Source: a virus
DNA length: 18,161 bases
Reading direction: 5' to 3' (one strand)
Virus genome (UHGV): UHGV-0095938
The position numbers and the translations under genes are program-made. The notes below the pieces were generated by a model. It was not told where the DNA came from and searched no databases. It saw only the letters and a program-made list of their open reading frames with translations. This document shows positions 1 to 8,912 of this stretch, piece by piece; position 1 is the first letter of the stretch, and every line of letters starts with the position of its first letter.

Positions 1-137
1 TTTGATAGCCAGTCATCCCATTGCGACACTCGGCTAAAAAACAGGTCATTTGTCGCCTCGGTTCTGGCTTCATCGCTCGCCATCCAGTCTGCGTCAAACT
101 TACACAGAATGGAATTGAGTCTGTTTTCGTCGGCCAT
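1..137 (-). CDS. Portal protein, 5' end only (gene continues past the window start)
   Basis: Minus-strand ATG at 137..135 directly follows the terL stop (140..138). Translation reads [45 protein letters not shown], matching the N-terminus I recall for P22-type portal proteins. Position downstream of terminase fits. Confidence 0.65.
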   Translation of the reverse strand, partial: MADENRLNSILCKFDADWMASDEARTEATNDLFFSRVSQWDDWLS

Positions 138-1637
138 TTAAGTTCTCCGTGCGATGGGCCTGATTGGGGCTGGTATCTTTTTCTCTTTTGGTTTTTTGAT
201 GTCGCGCATCATTTTGGCGAAGCGGCGCATCATGTATGCATAGCGAACGGCTGAGAGAACGTCGTCGTTAAGCTTGACGATCTTCCCGTTTTCATCACGG
301 TGATAGAGGCGGAACTCCTCAAAGAATGGCTCACAGGTGTTGAATACTTTGAAGCGACCATCGAGCATCATGTCGCGCAATTCAGTGATGCCAGGCTCCA
401 CAGCATTACCGCCATCAGGCCATGTCGCATGCTCCTGCAACATCATAAAACCAGCGTCTGCATACTGCCCTTTGAGCTGCTCACCGCCGCCCTTCTCATG
501 CTGGTTTCCGTCATGAGGCCATGCGGTTGGCACTTTATGCGCCCATGATTTAACAGCTCCCCATGCCTGAACAGCTGTTTTTTCTTTCGCCTTCCACACG
601 CGTGAAACGTAGATTGTGTCTGCGTCCTTATCCCACCAAAGCTGAACCTGCGCCTGTGGGTGATCCCATCCGAAATCCATCCCGCCAATTACGTAGAAGT
701 GATCAGGACACTCGAACGGCTGACACTTAATAGTCTCTTCCGGTATCTGGAAGATTCGACCACTACCCATTGTAGGAATACCGCGAGCACGCGCTTCTCT
801 CTCATGCTCAGGATAGGATGCGATGATTTGCTCTTTCTGCTCGTCGGTATAGTGCTCAGCGTCATAGATGGTCATGTTGACCACTTTCTGCGACTTGCTG
901 GGATTCTTCAGGAACTTGGTAACAACGTCAGACATCCCCATCAGCGGGGTAAACGTCAGAATTGAGAATTGCCCGTATTTGTTGGTACGGGTAAGACCTT
1001 CGCCATAAATGCTGTATGGTGGCTCTTCGTCAAACCACACGCCGTGGATTGTGTCACCCTGCCAGCGAGCACGGCCTTGCGAGTATGGTTTGAAGTAGCA
1101 GATTGAAATGCCATCTTCAACGCCATCAGCCGTGTGATGCTTAACCAGAAGATGATCAACAAGGTTCGGAAAGAAAGGAGACTTCTTCCAGCTAATGATG
1201 TCTTCTTTCGGTATGGAACCGTAGCCTGGCTCGTCATTCTCTTCGATACGACCGCACAGGATGCGTTGAGTCGTTTTGGTTACAGTCTCGTTTGTCTCGC
1301 CGCCAATCCAGAAGACAACAGGCTCATAGAAACGCTTACCTTTCCACTCCCCACCATATTTACCATCAGCCGGATAGCCTTTTGTGCCCGGATAACGCCC
1401 GGTAAGGTGAAACGCGACTTCAGCAGCACCAGTAAATGACTTACCAAGCTGGTTACCAGCCATAAAACATCGCTCTGGATAGTCATGTCCGGCGTCGATG
1501 AACTCACGCTGTTTGCTGTATGGCGTAAATTCATATAGCAGGTGTGTGTTCCGGTAGTACTCTTCTTCTTCGAGTAGCTCGAGCAACTCGATTTGCTCTT
1601 CGTCGCTCAGGTTATCAAGAATCGCGTCCAGTTCCAC
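138..1637 (-). CDS. Terminase large subunit (P22 gp2-like)
   Basis: 499-aa ORF, the same length as P22 gp2. Overlaps the upstream small-subunit gene by 23 nt and is followed by the portal start. Confidence 0.9.
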   Translation of the reverse strand: MELDAILDNLSDEEQIELLELLEEEEYYRNTHLLYEFTPYSKQREFIDAGHDYPERCFMAGNQLGKSFTGAAEVAFHLTGRYPGTKGYPADGKYGGEWKGKRFYEPVVFWIGGETNETVTKTTQRILCGRIEENDEPGYGSIPKEDIISWKKSPFFPNLVDHLLVKHHTADGVEDGISICYFKPYSQGRARWQGDTIHGVWFDEEPPYSIYGEGLTRTNKYGQFSILTFTPLMGMSDVVTKFLKNPSKSQKVVNMTIYDAEHYTDEQKEQIIASYPEHEREARARGIPTMGSGRIFQIPEETIKCQPFECPDHFYVIGGMDFGWDHPQAQVQLWWDKDADTIYVSRVWKAKEKTAVQAWGAVKSWAHKVPTAWPHDGNQHEKGGGEQLKGQYADAGFMMLQEHATWPDGGNAVEPGITELRDMMLDGRFKVFNTCEPFFEEFRLYHRDENGKIVKLNDDVLSAVRYAYMMRRFAKMMRDIKKPKEKKIPAPIRPIARRT

Positions 1638-2103
1638 GGTTGAATAGCTCCTTGATACGAGAGCGCCGCTTATCGCGATCTCCCTTATCAGGTGTCACGT
1701 CTTCAACTTGCGACTGCTCTTTGAGGCCCAAATCACGGGCGATGATGTTAGCGTTGAGAAGGTCAGCGGCTGCGCCAGAGAATTTCTGATCGTAGATGAT
1801 GTCTTCCGCTCGTGATGTGACGTCAGAAAAACCTTCCATTGACCGGAAGGTTCCCCATGTTTGCCTGGTGATATCAAGGAAGGTACACAATCCTGAAATA
1901 GTCATGGCTCGCATCTTAGGGACATTAGCCTTAATTATTTCTCCCTGATATGAAAATACCTTACCCTCCCATAGCGGGTTATCATCAGCCCACTCGAAGT
2001 ATTCACAACAAGCAGCCCACAGCGCCTCAGGCGATTCGAATTTAGGATTTCGCCCATGACTACTGCGGGCCTCCCAAAATCGGTTGCCCTTTGGTGCTGC
2101 CAT
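1615..2103 (-). CDS. Terminase small subunit (P22 gp3-like)
   Basis: 162-aa ORF immediately upstream of and overlapping terL; same length as P22 gp3. Confidence 0.8.
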   Translation of the reverse strand: MAAPKGNRFWEARSSHGRNPKFESPEALWAACCEYFEWADDNPLWEGKVFSYQGEIIKANVPKMRAMTISGLCTFLDITRQTWGTFRSMEGFSDVTSRAEDIIYDQKFSGAAADLLNANIIARDLGLKEQSQVEDVTPDKGDRDKRRSRIKELFNRGTGRDS

Positions 2104-2197
2104 ATTGATTATTTCCCTTCTGCTTGCTTATCCCGTTCATCGCGGAATTTGGATGGGTTGTCGAAGCCCTGAGAGCCGGAACAAACTTTGATTACCA

Positions 2198-2392
2198 TTA
2201 CTTAGCTCCTTCCTGCTTGCCTGTGTTTGATGTCGTTTCAGTAGCAGCCCAAGAGCAATTAATGCTACCCGCAACACCATATCCATAACCAGTCTTGAAG
2301 AAATTGTTGCCAGTAAATTGTTTAACAATCTTCCCGCAGCACGGGCAGCGTTGGCATTGGCAATAAGGGGATTGATTATTCCAGTGATGCAT
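2198..2392 (-). CDS. Small Cys-rich hypothetical protein (64 aa)
   Basis: Internal ATG at 2392..2390 has an AGGAG Shine-Dalgarno 7 nt upstream. Product MHHWNNQSPYCQCQRCPCCGK... has 6 Cys in 20 residues. The longer 89-aa frame upstream lacks an RBS. Confidence 0.4.
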   Translation of the reverse strand: MHHWNNQSPYCQCQRCPCCGKIVKQFTGNNFFKTGYGYGVAGSINCSWAATETTSNTGKQEGAK

Positions 2393-2765
2393 CTTGTTTC
2401 TCCTGAATGAATGGCAGGAAGTGATTAACCATCCTGTCCAGCATGTAACAGTACGTCTCGTTGGCATCTTCAGGCCTTGTCGTCACGCCGACATCAGAGC
2501 AAACGTAAAAGCAGACGTGGGCGCGCTCATGAACGAGCGTAGCGATCTGCTGATCGAATACTCCAATCAGATAGCATCGCTCACCCGTATCAGTGTTTTC
2601 ATAGTTGCTTGCAAGCCCAAGATTGAATGGCTTCTCATCCCCGCTGCCGCCAAGGAATTTATCAGCGTGCTGAAACTGTTCTCTGGTTGTTGCGAGGTAG
2701 ACGTGTGCACTTTGAAACAGCGGAATGGTGAACGCCGGGAGTTTGTGCCATTTGGCCTTAGCCAT
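2376..2765 (-). CDS. Hypothetical protein (129 aa) with an HExxH motif
   Basis: Start ATG lies 1 nt after the stop of the upstream 80-aa gene (translational coupling). Contains LVHERAHV, an HExxH motif typical of zinc metallopeptidases, but no fold could be assigned. Confidence 0.6.
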   Translation of the reverse strand: MAKAKWHKLPAFTIPLFQSAHVYLATTREQFQHADKFLGGSGDEKPFNLGLASNYENTDTGERCYLIGVFDQQIATLVHERAHVCFYVCSDVGVTTRPEDANETYCYMLDRMVNHFLPFIQEKQDASLE

Positions 2766-2766
2766 A

Positions 2767-3009
2767 TCACACTCCAGCGGTGAACAGGTCTAACGCTTCC
2801 TTCGATTTACGCACCGCTTCGATAGTGCGGGTCGTGATATCTGAATTAGCGCCGCCTGACTGGAAGTGAATTTTGAATAGCTCAAGCTTCAGCTCGTCAG
2901 TACCAATGAACTGAAATGCTTCCTCTGCGGCTGCGTTCTGGTTCATGACCAGCTTGTAAATCTCTAGCTGGAATTTCTGTTCTTCAGTCATGGGAATAAT
3001 CTCTGCCAT
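2767..3009 (-). CDS. Hypothetical protein (80 aa)
   Basis: ORF with a GGAG RBS; first gene of a tightly coupled cassette upstream of terS. It occupies the position of the small ORF that follows rha in P22. Confidence 0.55.
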   Translation of the reverse strand: MAEIIPMTEEQKFQLEIYKLVMNQNAAAEEAFQFIGTDELKLELFKIHFQSGGANSDITTRTIEAVRKSKEALDLFTAGV

Positions 3010-3361
3010 TGTTGGCTCCGTTTATCCGTTAAAAGGGATATCAGTTAAGTTATCCCGTGTAGGGTATAAGCCATTGTCGAGACCACTCATTGAATGGCCT
3101 CTGCAATAACCGATGTCTTTCCATCAGTCCGCCACCACAAAGAATCTTTTTTGCCATAAGGCTGGAGGTTCATCTTTCAGTGGCTGCCAGTGTTATTTCC
3201 CCACTTTCTGGCTTGGGTTGTTTCGCTGTACTGCCGCAACTGGTGGTGCACAGATTTAGTTAAATCTGTTCTCGCCTGAACTATCTTTTACATACCCGGA
3301 TTGTGGGGATGTAAATCACGGTTTCATTATCAAGCCCACCCGTAGATGAGCTTTGGAATGG

Positions 3362-3880
3362 TCACTTTGGCAGTCCGGGGATCGATATTTGCGCCTGCTG
3401 CTCAAGCCTTTCGATTCTTGCTATGAGTTGCGGTTTTTTGATCCTGCCCCAGCGGTTCAGCAAGCGTCCTGACATACTGGCAACATCCTTTTCCTTCATG
3501 AACTCCAGCATTAACTCGTTGTGCTCTCTTTGGTATGAGTGAGCCATCTCCATCAGCCTGTCACGCATCCAATTAAATGCTTTGATAAACGCCTCTTTGA
3601 TGGCGGCAGCTTTTTTGCCGGTAAACGACATGATGATGTACATCGCGCCGTCTTTGGAAATTTCATATTCAACATACTGATTACCCTTGTGTTCATAGGT
3701 AACCCGCGAAAAGTTGCTGGTTAGAAATTCATCCGAACAGTCTAGCTTTTCGATTTTCTGAATGATGTGGTGATGCTGCTTGTCGAAGTAAGCTGCTACC
3801 TTGCGGGAGGTTGTGATCACGCGATCACCAGAAACAACCACCATGTCCCGGAAATCGAGATTAGCCAATTGATGATTCAT
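3362..3880 (-). CDS. rha: Rha-family phage regulatory protein
   Basis: N-terminal MNHQLANLDFRDMVVVSGDRVITTSRKVAAYFDKQHHHIIQKIEKL resembles Rha-family proteins. Likely start is the ATG at 3880 (AAAGG RBS); the track start at 3916 is a GTG extension. Confidence 0.8.
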   Translation of the reverse strand: MNHQLANLDFRDMVVVSGDRVITTSRKVAAYFDKQHHHIIQKIEKLDCSDEFLTSNFSRVTYEHKGNQYVEYEISKDGAMYIIMSFTGKKAAAIKEAFIKAFNWMRDRLMEMAHSYQREHNELMLEFMKEKDVASMSGRLLNRWGRIKKPQLIARIERLEQQAQISIPGLPK

Positions 3881-4022
3881 AGCGTCTTTACCTTTTAGAA
3901 AGTGAGCCTGTCTCACAGAAAAGCCGCCCGAGAGAGGTCGCCACCTATAACGGCATTTCTCAGGCTCGCTTACTGAAAGGCTCTCGTTAATATGCGCGTG
4001 AGATGCGCTGTGAAATTCAGAT

Positions 4023-4047
4023 ATAAAAAGCCCCGCGAATGCGAGGC
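4023..4047 (-). terminator. Intrinsic terminator downstream of the lysis cassette
   Basis: On the minus strand: GCCTCGC-ATTC-GCGGGGC (7-bp GC-rich stem, 4-nt loop) followed by TTTTTAT. Confidence 0.55.
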
Positions 4048-4221
4048 TAAATCCTGGTATTTGTAATGACTGGCTCTTATCTCAACGCAGCCCCTTACCG
4101 CGCGCCAGATGCTCAATATCAAGCATCAGCAATGAGATGTTTAATCTGGATTCACTCCAGAAGTGATCATCACCCTGTCTACAGAGCCAGATGTGAAGGA
4201 TGATGAGTAAAATTATCGCTA

Positions 4222-4659
4222 TCATCGAAGGCATTGCGTCCTGATGTACTCCTGCAGGTAGTTAACCTGCGCGGTTATCCTGTCGATTCCACTTCGGAGA
4301 CGGTAATAATTGAGTTCAGCATCTGCTGTAAGTCTTGGGCTTTCTCCATCGCCCATGCTGCTGGCTCCGGTCGTTGACTTTGCACAGGTGGCGGCGACTT
4401 GCAGGCGCTTACGACCAGCAGAAACATCAGCACGGAGACTTTCGATAGTCGCGTTAGCATCAGCAAGCTCCTTTGTGTATCTGGCGTCGAGTTCTGCTAC
4501 ATCACGTTGACGCTTCTGCATGTCAGAGATGATGGATGTGGCTTTATCGCGCTGTTCTTTATAGGCGATGGCGTTATCACGGTAATGATTAACAGCCCAT
4601 GACAGACAGACGATGATGCAGATAACCAGAGCGGAGATAATCGCGGTTACTCTGCTCAT
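4222..4659 (-). CDS. Rz: Rz i-spanin
   Basis: N-terminus [31 protein letters not shown] matches lambda Rz as I recall it. Overlaps R by 4 nt (ATGA). Confidence 0.85.
   Translation of the reverse strand: MSRVTAIISALVICIIVCLSWAVNHYRDNAIAYKEQRDKATSIISDMQKRQRDVAELDARYTKELADANATIESLRADVSAGRKRLQVAATCAKSTTGASSMGDGESPRLTADAELNYYRLRSGIDRITAQVNYLQEYIRTQCLR
4275..4466 (-). CDS. Rz1: Rz1 o-spanin lipoprotein, embedded in Rz in the +1 frame
   Basis: ORF wholly inside Rz in another frame. Has a lipobox-like LLVVSAC followed by a Pro-rich tract, as in lambda Rz1. True start may be an internal Met. Confidence 0.7.
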   Translation of the reverse strand: MLMLTRLSKVSVLMFLLVVSACKSPPPVQSQRPEPAAWAMEKAQDLQQMLNSIITVSEVESTG

Positions 4660-5132
4660 ACCTCAATCTCTCTGACCGTTCCGCCAGCTTCTTTGAATTT
4701 TGCAATCAGGTTGTCAGCCTTATGCTCGAACTGACCATAACCAGCGCCCGGCAGTGAAGCCCAGATATTGCTGCAACGGTCGATAGCCTGACGAATATCA
4801 CCGCGGTCAATCATCGGTAAAGCGCCACGCTCCTTAATCTGCTGCAGCGCAACAGCGTCCTGGCTTTTGGGAGAGAAGTCTTTCAGGCCAAGCTGCTTAC
4901 GGTAAGCATCCCACCAACGGGAAAGAAGCTGGTAACGTCCGGCTGCTGTTGATTTGAGTTTGGGGTTTAGCGTGACAAGCTTGCGAGGGTGATCGGAGTA
5001 ATCAGTGAATAGCTCTCCGCCAACAATGACGTCATAACCATGATTTCTGGTTTTCTGTCGTCCGTTATCAGTTCCCTCTGACCACGCCAGCATATCGAGG
5101 AACGCCTTACGTTGATTATTGATTTCCACCAT
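4656..5132 (-). CDS. R: Endolysin R (lambda-type lytic transglycosylase)
   Basis: 158 aa; sequence [39 protein letters not shown]... is near-identical to lambda R as recalled. Confidence 0.9.
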   Translation of the reverse strand: MVEINNQRKAFLDMLAWSEGTDNGRQKTRNHGYDVIVGGELFTDYSDHPRKLVTLNPKLKSTAAGRYQLLSRWWDAYRKQLGLKDFSPKSQDAVALQQIKERGALPMIDRGDIRQAIDRCSNIWASLPGAGYGQFEHKADNLIAKFKEAGGTVREIEV

Positions 5133-5439
5133 CTTCTACTCCGGATTTTTTAGCAGCGAAGCGTTTGATAAGCGAACCAATCGAGTCAGTACCGATGTAG
5201 CCGATGAACACGCTCGTTATATAAGCGAGATTGCTACTTAGTCCGGCGAAGTCGAGAAGGTCACGAATGAACCAGGCGATAATGGCGCACATCGTTGCGT
5301 CGATTACTGTTTTTGTAAACGCACCGCCATTATATCTGCCGCGAAGGTACGCCATTGCAAACGCAAGGATTGCCCCGATGCCTTGTTCCTTTGCCGCGAG
5401 AAGGGCGGCTAACAGGTCATGTTTTTCTGGCATCTTCAT
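5116..5439 (-). CDS. S: Holin S with dual-start motif
   Basis: 107 aa beginning MKMPEK (Met1-Lys2-Met3, the lambda S107/S105 arrangement). Near-identical to lambda S as recalled; overlaps R by 17 nt. Confidence 0.9.
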   Translation of the reverse strand: MKMPEKHDLLAALLAAKEQGIGAILAFAMAYLRGRYNGGAFTKTVIDATMCAIIAWFIRDLLDFAGLSSNLAYITSVFIGYIGTDSIGSLIKRFAAKKSGVEDGGNQ

Positions 5440-5685
5440 GTCTTAGCCCCAATAAGGGGATTTGCTCTATTTAATTAGGAATAAGGTCGATTACTGATAG
5501 AACAAATCCAGGCTACTGTGTTTAGTAATCAGATTTGTTCGTGACCGATATGCACGGGCAAAACGGCAGGAGGTTGTTAGCGCAACCTCATGCCGCCCGC
5601 TTTCACGAAGATCATGTGTAGAAGGCCGCAGCGTAACTATCACTGATGAATTCAGGACAGCCAGTGGCTACGACTCAGTTTGGGT

Positions 5686-5811
5686 TGTGGCGGCCGGAAT
5701 CGAACCGGCTTCCATCGGTGCGCTGCCGATTGCAGTACGCGCGGCGGTCAGCTACATGACTAGTATTTTCACTGTCGCCTATCTGCTAGCTCGCCATTGA
5801 GCTTCACCACA
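5686..5811 (-). other. tRNA-like element (possible interrupted or degenerate tRNA)
   Basis: Minus strand has a canonical T-arm GCCGG-TTCGATT-CCGGC, then 3' acceptor CGCCACA. An anticodon-arm-like ATCGG-CAGCGCA-CCGAT precedes the T-arm. A matching 5' acceptor TGTGGTG plus a D-arm-like GCTC-AATGGC-GAGC lie about 58 nt further upstream. Lacks U33 and an encoded CCA; total span is too long for a normal tRNA. Confidence 0.3.
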
Positions 5812-5948
5812 ACGATAAGAGCACTGCTCGGCACTTTTCACCAATTCCGCGAGGTCTGCGGGTTCAATGCTCTTACCTGTTATGCAAACAAAAAAAGCCA
5901 CCGTTGCAACTTAAGAGTCACTAACGGCAGCTTACCCTCTAATTATGG

Positions 5949-6467
5949 CTAAATGGCTAATTGCATGTCAAGGTTTTTAACAGCAACATGCTTAACTTTC
6001 TCAACACGTTTACGCATTTTGAAAGCATTTTGCATTGGCTGGTATAAAACAAATAATGACGCTTTCAGGATGTCGTCAATTTCGTTTCTACAGGTTGCCA
6101 GTGAAGGTTTTCTCCATCCCTCACCACCACGTCCACACATCTTGCGTGGCTTTGCAGTCTCGTGATAGTAGGATGCAATTGCTCGCTTAGATGAACCATG
6201 AGCGTAGTAGCTGAGGAGGATGCCAAAGGCTTTCTTGTCAATGTACATGACGGAATCGACGACCTGAGAAATCAACATTCCATCATCATCATTGCACATT
6301 GGTCTTGTCATAACTCTTCCTGGCTCTACGCTCTCCATGAACTTCGCTATTACGCTGCTCATACGCTTTTCCAGACGACCTGAATAAACCCATGCGCCCC
6401 ACAGTTCAAGCCAGCCATTCAGCCACTCGTGCTGTTCTTTGGTGAGGTTTAGTTCTCTTATGCTCAT
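5949..6467 (-). CDS. Late-gene regulator in the Q position (putative antiterminator, family unresolved)
   Basis: 172-aa ORF between ninH and the S-proximal intergenic region, overlapping ninH by ATGA. Assignment is by position only; it does not resemble lambda Q as I recall it. Confidence 0.45.
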   Translation of the reverse strand: MSIRELNLTKEQHEWLNGWLELWGAWVYSGRLEKRMSSVIAKFMESVEPGRVMTRPMCNDDDGMLISQVVDSVMYIDKKAFGILLSYYAHGSSKRAIASYYHETAKPRKMCGRGGEGWRKPSLATCRNEIDDILKASLFVLYQPMQNAFKMRKRVEKVKHVAVKNLDMQLAI

Positions 6468-6652
6468 CGTCTTCCCCTTTTGCCCTGTTTGACCATCAGG
6501 ACGCCGTTAACTATTACGTGACGCTCGCCTTTGCTGTCTCGGTTGTACTTGAGCACTGTTCCTCTTGCGCAGGAAAGCATCCTCGCCACTTCGGTCTGAT
6601 TGCCTCGTGTCTGGATAAGAAGCTCTGGTATCGTTTGAATTGTGGCGTTCAT
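6464..6652 (-). CDS. ninH: NinH-like protein
   Basis: 62 aa; the motif GNQTEVARMLSCARGTVLKY and the C-terminal IVNGVLMV resemble lambda NinH. Confidence 0.7.
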   Translation of the reverse strand: MNATIQTIPELLIQTRGNQTEVARMLSCARGTVLKYNRDSKGERHVIVNGVLMVKQGKRGRR

Positions 6653-7011
6653 ACGTTCTCCAGTTCGGTGATTTTTATTCCAAGCCTTCCGCCTGGTACT
6701 TTCACACCACGAATTACGCGAATGTCATCGAATTGCTCGTCGTCTTCCGCAAATCCGGCGTGGATAAGGGAGTCGAGTAAACCTTTCAGGATGTTATCGA
6801 GGTCGCGGCGGCGGGAGTCTGGAACGTCTGCGATGACTTTGATGCGGAGTCGTGATTTGGTGAAAATGTCTAACTTGAGTTGGCGGATGATTTGCTGAAC
6901 GTCTTTTCGGTATTTCTGGCCTTTATCGCTTATGTAATATTGGCTTCCCAGTCTTCGCCAGTAGGTATTCACCGACGGCGGGTATGGAAGCACAAACTGA
7001 TATTCGTTCAT
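6649..7011 (-). CDS. rusA: RusA-family Holliday junction resolvase
   Basis: 120 aa, same length as E. coli RusA. Has the PPSVNTYW and RRRDLDN motifs characteristic of RusA. Confidence 0.85.
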   Translation of the reverse strand: MNEYQFVLPYPPSVNTYWRRLGSQYYISDKGQKYRKDVQQIIRQLKLDIFTKSRLRIKVIADVPDSRRRDLDNILKGLLDSLIHAGFAEDDEQFDDIRVIRGVKVPGGRLGIKITELENV

Positions 7012-7298
7012 GGCTTAATCTTCCCCTCCTTCAGCAGTATCGCCTGCGTCCTGATCACGCCTTCCAGGTGGTAAAGTCTGGCGTCTTTGTTGTCGAGGTT
7101 ATGGGTGCGTCGGTCGATTTCATCGTGACACGCGCTACAAGCCCATGCGCCGATCAGGTCGTCAGGCTTCATTCCCGTTCCGCAAATTCCAGCCATCCGG
7201 TAATGTGCCAGAACTGTAGTTTCAGGGTTGCCATTGCATACTCCGTAAATACGTACCTGGCATTCTCTGCCGCGTGCTTCTTTGCGTAGGTTAGCCAT
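7008..7298 (-). CDS. YbcO-like nin-region protein
   Basis: 96-aa Cys/His-rich ORF coupled (ATGA overlap) to rusA, in the same position as ybcO in the DLP12 prophage. Confidence 0.55.
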   Translation of the reverse strand: MANLRKEARGRECQVRIYGVCNGNPETTVLAHYRMAGICGTGMKPDDLIGAWACSACHDEIDRRTHNLDNKDARLYHLEGVIRTQAILLKEGKIKP

Positions 7299-7567
7299 TA
7301 TGGTTCACTCCAGTAATTCTCAATTGCAGCAGCCATTCTCTGCATCCACTCAGCCAGCTTTAACGCGGCTTCTCTTTCAGAACCACATTTAGGGAAATCC
7401 TTCATTTCCATGCTGGCCTTATATGTTCTGAATGCCAGGTCTCCGGTAATAACCAACTCCTGATCAAGCACCGAGCGTTTATTCCGGTGTTGAACGTAAT
7501 AGACAGATTCAGTCCGCATTTCTTCTCTGTCTTTTTTGAAGGAAATAAGCTCAGAGAAATCACTCAT
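7298..7567 (-). CDS. Hypothetical nin-region protein (89 aa)
   Basis: ORF in the collinear minus-strand gene array, with a start/stop junction to the downstream gene. No recognisable motif. Confidence 0.5.
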   Translation of the reverse strand: MSDFSELISFKKDREEMRTESVYYVQHRNKRSVLDQELVITGDLAFRTYKASMEMKDFPKCGSEREAALKLAEWMQRMAAAIENYWSEP

Positions 7568-7754
7568 CGTCTTCTTCCTCGTACATTGAGCTATTCGGGT
7601 CGCTCATCAGCTCTGCGCAGCAGTGCTCACACACGTGAACTTCCAGCACATGCAGCTTCTGACCGCAGTTAGCGCACGTTAAAGCCCGCTCGACGCTTTC
7701 TTGTTCGTAACTTCGATTTGGGTCAATCACCTTGTTTTCCTCATGCGGTTCCAT
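7560..7754 (-). CDS. NinF-like small zinc-ribbon protein (inside a 153-aa open frame 7560..8021)
   Basis: C-terminal LTCANCGQKLHVLEVHVCEHCC with an acidic tail resembles lambda NinF. Internal ATG at 7754..7752 is the assumed start. The basic upstream 90 residues may be a NinE-like part or a fusion. Confidence 0.5.
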   Translation of the reverse strand: MEPHEENKVIDPNRSYEQESVERALTCANCGQKLHVLEVHVCEHCCAELMSDPNSSMYEEEDDE

Positions 7755-8039
7755 TTGGCCTGTAACAGCCCGTAGACATAATCGAATGTCTTTACCTGGC
7801 TTTCTGTGGGGATTGGTTTCTTGCGGGATCTGGTGCGTTTGGTAGGAGTAAAAATCAGGTTGTCTAACGCTATTTGAGTAATGCTTCGTCGCTGTCTCGC
7901 CACACGTCCTCCTTTTCCTGCGGTAGTGGTAACACCCCTGTTGGTGTTCTTTCACACCGGAGACACCATCGATTCCAGTAAGGTTGATTTGGTCGGAAGC
8001 GGTTATCTTCTTTGCATTCACCGCACCGATAACATCGCA

Positions 8040-8912
8040 TCATGCAGCTTCCCTCCCGAAGTCGAAATCAAGCTGCCCTCCAAATATTTCGCATGATTCA
8101 GAACAAGAGCCAGTATCGAATCTTTTAGCTCGTACCATGTCCTGATACAGGGCTTGATAATCATTTTCTGAATACATTTTCGCGATACCATCCAGCGACA
8201 TTCTTCCTCGGTACATAATCTCCTTTGGTGTTTCCCGATGTCCGTCACGCACATGCGATCCCGTGATGACCTCATTAAAAACACGCTGCAATCCCTCCTC
8301 ATCTTTGCAGGCAAGTCCGATTTTTTGCGTTGATTTTTTAATGCAGAATATGCAGTTACCGAGATGTTCCGGTATTTGCAAATCGAATGGTTGTTGCTTC
8401 CACCATGCGAGGATATCTTCCTTCTCAAAGTCTGACAGTTCAGCAAGATATCTGATTCCAGACTTTGGCTTTAGCCGCTTCGGTTCATCAGCTCTGATGC
8501 CAATCCACGTGGTGTAATTCCCTCGCCCGAAATGGTCATCACAGTATTTGGTGAAGGGAACGAGTTTTAATCTGTCAGTGCAGAACGCGCCGCCGACGTA
8601 TGGAGTGCCATATTTCTTTACCATATCGATAAATGGCTTCAGAACAGGCATTCGCGTCTGAATATCCTTTGGTTCCCATACCGTATAACTATTTGGCTGC
8701 CCAAGCTCTGGGTTGATATCAACCTGCAATACGGTGAGCGGTATATCCCAGAACTTCACAACTTCCCTGACAAACCGATATGTCATTGGATGTTCACAAC
8801 CTGTATCCATGAAAACGTAATGCACGTCTTCACCTGCCCGTCGCTTTTGCTCCATTAGCCAGAGCAAATATGCTGACGTCCTGCCACCGGAGAAACTAAC
8901 GACATTTATCAT
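8040..8912 (-). CDS. NinC-like protein (PAPS reductase / PP-loop family)
   Basis: PP-loop-like [10 protein letters not shown] near the N-terminus. Start taken as the ATG at 8912, which gives 290 aa and an ATGA overlap with the ninB stop. Confidence 0.75.
   Translation of the reverse strand: MINVVSFSGGRTSAYLLWLMEQKRRAGEDVHYVFMDTGCEHPMTYRFVREVVKFWDIPLTVLQVDINPELGQPNSYTVWEPKDIQTRMPVLKPFIDMVKKYGTPYVGGAFCTDRLKLVPFTKYCDDHFGRGNYTTWIGIRADEPKRLKPKSGIRYLAELSDFEKEDILAWWKQQPFDLQIPEHLGNCIFCIKKSTQKIGLACKDEEGLQRVFNEVITGSHVRDGHRETPKEIMYRGRMSLDGIAKMYSENDYQALYQDMVRAKRFDTGSCSESCEIFGGQLDFDFGREAA

Noticed and set aside
21-254. Plus-strand 77-aa ORF at the left edge
   Set aside because: Antisense to the portal start and terL 3' end. 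The minus strand here encodes a recognisable portal N-terminus and the terminase.
300-1439. Several plus-strand ORFs (82-101 aa) inside the terminase large subunit gene
   Set aside because: Embedded antisense to a well-supported 499-aa gene; no RBS context; typical shadow ORFs.
1615-2103. P22-type pac site within the small terminase gene
   Set aside because: I could not find the P22 pac sequence as I remember it. The packaging site may differ, and my recollection is not reliable enough to call it.
2137-2328. 63-aa minus-strand ORF with a hydrophobic stretch, overlapping the Cys-rich ORF in another frame
   Set aside because: Starts with TTG and has a weak RBS. The alternative frame has a strong AGGAG RBS. 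Cannot be excluded, but not called.
2394-2783. 129-aa plus-strand ORF
   Set aside because: Exact antisense mirror of the minus-strand 129-aa gene, which sits in a coupled operon with consistent orientation.
3881-3916. GTG-initiated N-terminal extension of rha
   Set aside because: The ATG at 3880 gives the typical Rha N-terminus (MNHQL...) and has its own RBS; the extension is unlikely to be translated.
5440-5948. Possible coding gene or stx-like cargo between the Q-position gene and S
   Set aside because: No ORF of meaningful length with an RBS on either strand; only the tRNA-like element and regulatory-looking sequence.
8018-8446. 142-aa minus-strand ORF overlapping ninC
   Set aside because: Alternative frame inside the PP-loop-containing NinC-like gene, with no independent support.
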